DNA of 64,000 nt from the NCBI GenBank assembly GCA_046304755.1, contig JBKCDO010000253.1, positions 15,359 through 79,358 of the forward strand, written 5' to 3'. The DNA comes from Flavobacteriales bacterium. Its GTDB lineage: Bacteria > Bacteroidota > Bacteroidia > Flavobacteriales_D > Sanyastnellaceae. A program made the position numbers and the translations under genes. Every line of letters begins with the position of its first letter. Within the stretch, counting starts at the first letter, position 1. The notes under the pieces were generated by a model that was not told where the DNA came from, made no database searches, and was given only the letters and a program-made list of their open reading frames with translations. Positions 58,401 through 64,000 of this stretch are shown piece after piece.

Positions 58401-60337
58401 CAACGAATATTGTGCAACAGATTTCATTGATTGATGATGTAGCACCTGTATTTATCTCGGTTCCGGCGGCTACTTCGATTCTTTGCGGTGATGAGTCGGG
58501 CTTGCTCGATGCTGTTGCAGCCGATGGGTGTTCGGAGGTCACGATTACTGAAGAAAGAGTTTCCAATGGTGACTGCGCCAACAGCTTCACTCGCATTTTC
58601 ACTGCTACGGATGGTTGCGGAAATTTTGTTACCGCTCAACAGCAAGTAACGGTTGAAGATGTGGAGGCACCAAGTTTTGCCGGTGTTGCTGCAACTATTA
58701 CACTGAATTGCGGAGATGCGCTTCCGGCAGCTGATGTTGTCGCTGTAGATGCCTGCGGCACTGTAACTATGTCACATGTGGACGATGCTCAAGTGACGCC
58801 TTGTGGAAGTCAAATCGTTCGCACTTACACGGCAACGGATGGTTGCGGAAACATTGCAGAGTTTGCTCAGGTGATTGAATTTATCGATGCGGTAGGGCCT
58901 GTATTTGAAAATGTTCCTGCAGATCTTTTGTTGTCATGCGGAGATGAAGCACCTGCCGTTCAATTGCCAACCGCATCAGACGCATGTTCCGGTGCAGCTG
59001 AAGTAATCTATGCTGACGTTATTGAGCCCGGTTTCTGCGCCGGTTCTTACGCCATTTCGCGCGTATTTACGGCCAATGATAATTGTGGTAACATCAGCAC
59101 TGTAACACAAACAATCTTCTTCAATGATAACGTTCCACCGGTGTTTGATGCCTTCGAAGCTCAACTTGAAGTTGGTTGCGGTGACGTGGATCAGGCTTAT
59201 GCAACAGCAACGGATAACTGTGGAAGTGTTTCGGTGAGCTATGAGGATGAATTTATTCCGGGCAACTGTGGTCTTCGCACACGCACCTACACTGCTGTTG
59301 ATGCATGCGGAAACCTTGCGCAAGCAACTCAGGTTATTTCGGTCGTGGATAATGTCGCTCCTGTGTTCATTGGATTCCCTGCAAGCCAAAGCATTTCATG
59401 CAGCGATGTTGTGCCGGTAGAACAAGTGGATGTAGTCTACGCTGATAATTGTTCGGACGTAACCGTTTCATGGGTGGAGGATATCATTCAGGGTAATTGT
59501 CCAAATGCTTACACCGCTGTTCGCACCTGCACGCTAACAGATGTTTGCGGAAATACGGCAACAGAAACCTATACGTTAGAGGTTAGCGACACAGAAGGGC
59601 CCCAAATCATTGGTGTTCCTGAAGACATCACCTTGAATTGTGGCGAAGACTTGCCTGTAGTCGATGTTTTCGTGGTGGATAATTGCACAGCGGAGCCTGT
59701 ATTCACGCTCTCTGAAACGATGGAAACCATCGGATGTACCATGATTGTTACACGCCGCTGGACAGCGGAAGATGAATGCGGTAACGTAACGCAGAGTGTA
59801 CAGATTGTTACCTACATCGACGAGACATTGCCAATCTTCAGCGAGTATCCTGATGATGTGATTTTGATCTGTGGTACTGCTTTGCCGGAAGCACCGGTCA
59901 TTACCGCTGTTGATGATTGTTCGGGTGAAGTAGCTGTGACATACACGGAGATTATCACTTCCTCAGACCCATGCGCAACGGTTGAACGTTCATGGTGTGC
60001 AATCGACTGCTCCGGAAATGAGGCGTGCTTCACCCAGCTAATCATCTTCGAACAGCCACAAGCTTCCTTACTCCAGGATCAACCTGAAGTGCGTGCATGG
60101 CAGAATGCTGCCGATGAAATGCTGGTAAGCTTCACTGCGAATGCTTCCGGTCGCTGGGGGCTTGATTTGTATGACTTAAACGGTAGAAAAGTCATCAATG
60201 TTTTTGCGGGTGATATGAAAGCCGGTGAAACACGCACGATTGCCATGGATATTGAGCAATTGATTCGCGGTGTCTATATCATGGGCTTCAGCAACGGCGA
60301 GCAGAAAGCGACGCAACGCTTGCCTATTATTCGATAA
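55466..60337 (+). CDS. giant cell-surface protein of ~17 HYR-like Cys-containing modules with T9SS type A C-terminal sorting domain
   Basis: ORF 55415..60337. ATG at 55466 gives the signal peptide ...LTTSVFA|Q. There are 17 occurrences of the module-closing motif D-x-C-(G/N/S)-N. The final ~85 aa match the Por_Secre_tail pattern (...LDLYDLNGRKV...GVYIMGF...). Confidence 0.85.
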   Translation: MLSINQALKHSSIGWSSAFVLIFSILTTSVFAQPVFQNVGADQTIACGEVLPDFDGVTAVSNCEGPVQVSSIVYESGNQTQSCAVSTAFGPGIDWAVWLPLLDAPSVAWNFIGDQQLTFYGNGTGRLTGTIQNSVNSNWQMTIEVWFENGRNWTDWSSLGRGYKNDLGLAAANYLDWMYYELNPTFSHMTGIGALDGSELSLTHLPANYYFGFQVGVASNNKNGNDGMSGWFAYSGTFNGEAVTGNGDVNIDRSCQNNEQECGSTAFTAVYRAEDACGNVAFEERVITIVDNAAPVIDAVESPIFISCSQQTNIFISATDACSSVEITFTDVVEQAGCPGLITRNYTVADACNNTSQASQQIYLVEEGTLEFTVFPADTMVSCTDALTLNPVIEYSQVCFNTQLTQSEVIEAGNCPANYTLIRTYSLSDACGNTASQVWTVSVSDMDAPQFTAVAEDLELTCGEEAVVNEPTVFDACSEVTVSSSQVTQPLTCAYEVVTTWTATDACGNSATAEQTTTYIDDVDPEFSFIPESVTINCGEPFVLDTAEVADGCSEVTLAWTDEPLYDCAGSYIRIWRAFDGCGNQALESTIVTFIDTQAPTLVGIPESNNGSCGSPDFDANVTAVDNCDQEPTVTIDVVSVPGNCGSIATYMWTATDACGNTATQTRTYNLTDDLGPDFGSALDTAYAICGDASSLLNIQAPEVTDACSEVTSVTFSDTETAADCGSLIVRTYTATDGCGNTSSADQVIVLADNTPPVFVSTPQDVLATCGGTDENTELPVVTDDCSEVTITYTDEVITSEGCSGTLLRQWIATDACGNVATAQQTIAYTDNSAPVIVSAPEDLTASCSDVPEVDLTAIVFEDNCSNATVSVTENLIPGFCPGGYNIERIWTVTDACGNSVTATQFVYVVDEEAPVLTGVPVDASIVCGSELEISDVSATDNCTASEDITITVVDELLSASCGSIIQRIYSASDACGNTTNIVQQISLIDDVAPVFISVPAATSILCGDESGLLDAVAADGCSEVTITEERVSNGDCANSFTRIFTATDGCGNFVTAQQQVTVEDVEAPSFAGVAATITLNCGDALPAADVVAVDACGTVTMSHVDDAQVTPCGSQIVRTYTATDGCGNIAEFAQVIEFIDAVGPVFENVPADLLLSCGDEAPAVQLPTASDACSGAAEVIYADVIEPGFCAGSYAISRVFTANDNCGNISTVTQTIFFNDNVPPVFDAFEAQLEVGCGDVDQAYATATDNCGSVSVSYEDEFIPGNCGLRTRTYTAVDACGNLAQATQVISVVDNVAPVFIGFPASQSISCSDVVPVEQVDVVYADNCSDVTVSWVEDIIQGNCPNAYTAVRTCTLTDVCGNTATETYTLEVSDTEGPQIIGVPEDITLNCGEDLPVVDVFVVDNCTAEPVFTLSETMETIGCTMIVTRRWTAEDECGNVTQSVQIVTYIDETLPIFSEYPDDVILICGTALPEAPVITAVDDCSGEVAVTYTEIITSSDPCATVERSWCAIDCSGNEACFTQLIIFEQPQASLLQDQPEVRAWQNAADEMLVSFTANASGRWGLDLYDLNGRKVINVFAGDMKAGETRTIAMDIEQLIRGVYIMGFSNGEQKATQRLPIIR
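55562..60060 (+). repeat. protein-level tandem array of ~75-80-aa modules (consensus D..AP.F...P.D....CG.....P.V.A.D.CS.VT....D.....C.G...R.W.A.DACGN....Q.I...D)
   Basis: Recurrent strings TATDACGNSATAEQ, TATDACGNTATQTR, TATDGCGNTSSADQ, ATDACGNVATAQQ, TVTDACGNSVTATQ, TATDGCGNFVTAQQ, TATDGCGNIAEFAQ and others. The DNA copies are diverged, with no long identical nucleotide repeats noticed. Confidence 0.7.
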
Positions 60338-60362
60338 TTCAAACGTTCATTTGATAATACAA

Positions 60363-60395
60363 GGGACCCGCTGTAATGGCGGGTCTTTTGTTTTT
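60363..60395 (+). terminator. rho-independent terminator after the type A adhesin gene
   Basis: GACCCGC-tgtaatg-GCGGGTC (perfect 7-bp stem) followed by TTTTGTTTTT. Confidence 0.8.
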
Positions 60396-60435
60396 AGCCC
60401 TTTTCGGTGCCGAGCCGCTGCTTACCTTAGCCGAT

Positions 60436-62907
60436 GTGGAACGGATCACGCTTTTCGCCGATGTTGTGGTGCCACAGGCGCTGCCTGTGCCGCTAACCTA
60501 TCGCGTTCCACACGATTGGAATAATCAGGTTCAGGTGGGTTTGCGTGTAGTAGTCCCTTTGGGCAAGGCCAAACTTATAACCGGAATCATCCGCGCTTTG
60601 CATGAGGTTCCTCCGTCGCATTATCAAGCCAAGTATATCGATTCGCTATTGGATGAGCATCCACTCGTTCATGAACAGCAGCTTGCGTTGTGGGATTGGA
60701 TGGCAACGTATTACTGCTGTACGCTCGGCGATGTCATGAATGCCGCTATTCCTGCGGGTTTAAAGCTTTCGAGTGAAACCAAATTTGTGGCAACGGAGCG
60801 GGAAGGCGACGAGACATTGCCTGAACGCGAACAAATCATTGTACGCGCCATGCGCTCCAGGGGAAGCATGACATTAGCGGATGTAGCGGAAGTATTGGGA
60901 ATAAAGACGATTCAATCTTACGTCAAGCGATTGATTGATTTAGGCTTTGTGAAAAGTGAAGAGGAACTGCGCGAGCGTTACCGACCAAAGATGATGGATT
61001 TTATTTCGTTGTCCGGCGTCTATCGCAATAATGATGCGCTCAATCAATTGTTTACCGAACTCGAGTCACGACGCGCCCAGAAGCAGGTGGATGCCATTAT
61101 GGTGTTTTTACAACTGGCCCAGTGGGATGGTCAGCGTTTGGCTCAGGTAGAGCGCGCAAAACTCGTTAAACAAGGTGTTGGTGCAGGAGTAGTTTCTGCG
61201 CTGGTGGAAAAGGGAATCTTTGAAATCGAGCGTAAGGAAGTTGGGCGATTGTCAGCGGAATGGCTTCCCACAGAATCCACGCGTTCACTGTCGGAAACCC
61301 AAGCTGCCGCGAAGAGTCAAATCATTGAACACTGGAAGCAAAAGGATATTTGTTTGCTTCATGGAGTGACCTCGAGCGGTAAGACTGAAGTTTACGCTTC
61401 TTTAATTGAGGATGTTTTGAAGGAAGGAAAGCAGGTATTGTTCTTGCTCCCTGAGATTGCATTGACCACGCAAATCATCAATCGCTTGCGAAAGTTTTTT
61501 GGCAAACGCATAGGAGTATATCACAGTGGTTACAACGACAACGAACGCACTGAGGTGTGGAACAAAGTGCTCAGTGATATTCCGGGTGAATGCGATGTTA
61601 TTCTGGGCGCTCGCAGCGCGTTATTTCTGCCGTTTAAACGTCTGGGTTTGATCATCGTGGATGAAGAACACGAACAGAGTTATAAGCAACATGATCCTGC
61701 TCCGCGGTATCAGGCCCGTGATAGTGCGCTGTGGCTAGCCGGTCGATTTAAGGCAAAAGTGTTGCTCGGTTCTGCGACTCCCGCGATTGAAACCTATTGG
61801 AATGCAGTGAATGATCGCTTCGGATTGGTGAGTATGACCGAACGCTATGGGGGTATGCAACTTCCGGAAGTAGTGTTGTGTGATATTCGAAAGGAACTGA
61901 AGGAGAAAACCATGCATCAGCAGTTCACCTCGCAGTTGTTACAGGAAATGCAGCAAGCCATTACGCGTGGCGAACAAATTATCCTCTTTCAAAATCGTCG
62001 GGGGTATTCGCCGCTATGGGAGTGTGAGAGCTGTGGTTGGGTTCCCATGTGCACGCGCTGTGATGTGAGCTTGACATATCACAAATATGCGCATCAGCTT
62101 AAGTGTCATTATTGCGGCTACACCACGGCTCCTGTTCCGGCATGTCACGCCTGCGGAAGTGTCGATATGAAGATGCTGGGTTTCGGAACCGAAAAAATTG
62201 AGGAGGATATTCAAGCGCACTTTCCCGATGTGCGCATTCAGCGAATGGACTTAGATACGACGCGCAGTAAATCGAGCCATCAAAAAATCATTGGTGATTT
62301 TGAAGCGGGTGTTACGCAAATTCTGGTGGGAACGCAAATGGTGACCAAGGGTTTGGATTTCGATAATGTATCGCTTGTCGGCGTTCTCAGTGCAGATAAG
62401 ATGATGAACTATCCCGATTTCCGATCGATGGAACGCAGCTTTCAAATCATGATGCAAGTAGCTGGAAGAGCCGGTCGCCGCAACAAACGAGGAAAGGTGC
62501 TCATTCAGACCTATGCTCCCGACCACTGGTTATTGGACTTAGTAGTGAAGGGAGATTACGACGCCTTCTACCGAAGAGAAGTTCAAGAACGCCATCAATT
62601 CGTTTATCCGCCGTTTGTGCGATTGATGCGTATCACGCTCAAGCACAAGGAGGATAATGTAGTCATTCGCGCAGCGCATGAGGTGGCGAAGCTTATCGGA
62701 CCTGTATTGAAGGATCGCATCCTTGGTCCCGAGCGCCCATACATTCCGCGCATCAACACCTATTTCTTGCAGCAGTTTTTGGTGCGATTGGATCGGCGTC
62801 AGGAGAGTGCTGCCATCAAGGCTACTGTTGTGCAGATGATTCGCAAGCGCCTGTCCGACGCTGAGTTCAAGCAAGTGCGCATCAGCATTGATGTTGATCC
62901 GTTATAA
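60436..62907 (+). CDS. priA: primosomal protein N' (replication restart helicase PriA)
   Basis: ORF 60376..62907. Walker A GVTSSGKTEVY, DEEH box, Cys-rich zinc region CESCG...CTRCD...CHYCG...CHACGS, and helicase C motifs. The start is placed at the in-frame GTG 60436 because the ATG at 60376 lies in the loop of the upstream terminator. Start confidence is lower than gene confidence. Confidence 0.9.
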   Translation: MERITLFADVVVPQALPVPLTYRVPHDWNNQVQVGLRVVVPLGKAKLITGIIRALHEVPPSHYQAKYIDSLLDEHPLVHEQQLALWDWMATYYCCTLGDVMNAAIPAGLKLSSETKFVATEREGDETLPEREQIIVRAMRSRGSMTLADVAEVLGIKTIQSYVKRLIDLGFVKSEEELRERYRPKMMDFISLSGVYRNNDALNQLFTELESRRAQKQVDAIMVFLQLAQWDGQRLAQVERAKLVKQGVGAGVVSALVEKGIFEIERKEVGRLSAEWLPTESTRSLSETQAAAKSQIIEHWKQKDICLLHGVTSSGKTEVYASLIEDVLKEGKQVLFLLPEIALTTQIINRLRKFFGKRIGVYHSGYNDNERTEVWNKVLSDIPGECDVILGARSALFLPFKRLGLIIVDEEHEQSYKQHDPAPRYQARDSALWLAGRFKAKVLLGSATPAIETYWNAVNDRFGLVSMTERYGGMQLPEVVLCDIRKELKEKTMHQQFTSQLLQEMQQAITRGEQIILFQNRRGYSPLWECESCGWVPMCTRCDVSLTYHKYAHQLKCHYCGYTTAPVPACHACGSVDMKMLGFGTEKIEEDIQAHFPDVRIQRMDLDTTRSKSSHQKIIGDFEAGVTQILVGTQMVTKGLDFDNVSLVGVLSADKMMNYPDFRSMERSFQIMMQVAGRAGRRNKRGKVLIQTYAPDHWLLDLVVKGDYDAFYRREVQERHQFVYPPFVRLMRITLKHKEDNVVIRAAHEVAKLIGPVLKDRILGPERPYIPRINTYFLQQFLVRLDRRQESAAIKATVVQMIRKRLSDAEFKQVRISIDVDPL

Positions 62908-62937
62908 AAAAAAGCGGAGCAATGCCCCGCTTTTTTC
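62905..62937. terminator. bidirectional rho-independent terminator shared by convergent priA and fumC
   Basis: AAAAAAAA-GCGGAGC-aat-GCCCCGC-TTTTTT. An imperfect GC-rich hairpin is flanked by an A-run and a T-run, lying between the stops at 62907 and 62958. Confidence 0.75.
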
Positions 62938-62957
62938 TACTCTATCGATGTAAGATT

Positions 62958-64000
62958 TTATTTGAGCGTTCCCACCATGTTGGCCGGAATTACCCATTGG
63001 TCATAATCTTCAGCACTTACATGTCCAAGGCGCACAGCTTCTTCCTTCAAGGTAGTACCATTCTTGTGTGCGGCTTTTGCAATTTCTGCAGCCTTGTAGT
63101 ATCCGATTTTGGTGTTCAATGCGGTCACCAGCATGAGTGATTGATCCACCAGTTGTTGAATGCGTTCGTGGTTTGGTTCAATTCCGGCAGCACAGTGGTC
63201 ATTGAATGAAACGCATGCATCGCCAATGAGCTCGGCACTTTGCAGGAAGTTGTAGGCCATCATAGGCTTGAACACATTGAGCTCGTAATGACCCTGTGTT
63301 CCACCGACGGTAATGGCAACGTCATTTCCCATTACTTGGGCGCAAACCATGGTGAGTGCTTCGCATTGCGTTGGATTCACTTTACCTGGCATGATGCTGC
63401 TGCCCGGTTCATTTTCAGGAATGAAAATTTCGCCAATACCGGAGCGCGGACCGCTGGCCATCATGCGTATGTCGTTGGCAATTTTGTTGAGCGACACAGC
63501 CAATTGCTTGAGTGCACCATGACTTTCAACGATGCCGTCGTGCGCAGCCAACGCCTCGAATTTGTTGGGCGCGCTGGTAAAAGGAAGACCGCTGAACTCA
63601 GCGATTTTTTTCGCCACGAGTTCTGAATATCCTGCAGGTGCGTTCAATCCGGTTCCAACAGCCGTTCCACCCAAGGCCAATTCACCGAGGTGAGCAAGCG
63701 TGTTATTCAGTGCGCGTAATCCGTGGTCGAGTTGTGCAACATACCCGCTGAGTTCTTGACCCAGAGTTACAGGTGTTGCATCCATCAGGTGCGTGCGACC
63801 AATCTTTACCACATTCATGAATTCGCGGCTCTTGGCGTGAAGTGTATTGCGCAATAGTGTTACGCCGGGTATCGTTTTTTTCACCACAGCTTCATAGGCC
63901 GCGATATGCATCGCCGTTGGATAAGTGTCGTTGGATGACTGCGACTTGTTCACGTCGTCATTGGCACCGAGCAGCATTTGCGCATCACCAAGTGAGCCGC
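62958..64000 (-). CDS. fumC: class II fumarate hydratase, C-terminal ~347 codons (5' end lies beyond the window)
   Basis: The reading frame stays open to the window edge (upstream of the listed M it reads ...GSLGDAQ). Near-invariant strings [22 protein letters not shown] and [16 protein letters not shown] (fumarate lyase signature). Confidence 0.95.
   Translation of the reverse strand, partial: GSLGDAQMLLGANDDVNKSQSSNDTYPTAMHIAAYEAVVKKTIPGVTLLRNTLHAKSREFMNVVKIGRTHLMDATPVTLGQELSGYVAQLDHGLRALNNTLAHLGELALGGTAVGTGLNAPAGYSELVAKKIAEFSGLPFTSAPNKFEALAAHDGIVESHGALKQLAVSLNKIANDIRMMASGPRSGIGEIFIPENEPGSSIMPGKVNPTQCEALTMVCAQVMGNDVAITVGGTQGHYELNVFKPMMAYNFLQSAELIGDACVSFNDHCAAGIEPNHERIQQLVDQSLMLVTALNTKIGYYKAAEIAKAAHKNGTTLKEEAVRLGHVSAEDYDQWVIPANMVGTLK

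Noticed and set aside
56915-59389. Minus-strand ORFs of 146 aa and 137 aa (and several shorter ones) inside the type A adhesin gene.
   Set aside because: They are antisense to a continuous 4.9-kb repeat-encoding ORF. The repetitive codon usage of the modules suppresses antisense stops.

Overview
This is a contiguous 64-kb chromosomal segment that looks like a Bacteroidota (Flavobacteriia/Cytophagia-like) genome. The evidence is two giant surface proteins with type IX secretion (T9SS) C-terminal sorting domains (one type B, one type A), an STN/CarboxypepD_reg TonB-dependent receptor beside an ECF sigma and a FecR-like anti-sigma, a stand-alone atpDC pair with a short epsilon subunit, LysRS with a C-terminal extension, and signal peptides that mostly end ...A|Q. 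I call 47 protein-coding genes (fumC is truncated by the window edge), 8 intrinsic terminators, one TAnnTTTG-type -7 box and one protein-level tandem-repeat array. I saw no rRNA, tRNA, CRISPR array, transposase, integrase or phage gene. Housekeeping genes are cysS, lysS, queA, truB, atpD, atpC, clpP, priA, fumC (partial), coaX, an lptC-like gene and a ppiD-like gene. Envelope and accessory content is as follows: two OmpR-type two-component systems; the ECF sigma / receptor / lipoprotein / FecR module (10.6-15.4 kb); a second, divergent QueA paralogue; two very large orphan outer-membrane proteins (1092 and 1170 aa); a 10-kb Wzx/Wzy-dependent polysaccharide locus (43.9-54.2 kb) inside a 17-gene minus-strand block; and the two T9SS adhesins (1396 and 1623 aa). 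I do not recognise any defence, toxin or mobile system. The best candidates for undescribed biology are the non-canonical cell-surface-signalling module with its flanking repeat box and orphan terminated non-coding stretch, the Omp85/propeller/pseudo-peptidase fusion, the expanded QueA paralogue, and the 17-module Cys-repeat adhesin with a domain nested inside its first module. All functional calls come from motif recognition by eye. No database search, HMM or folding was run.
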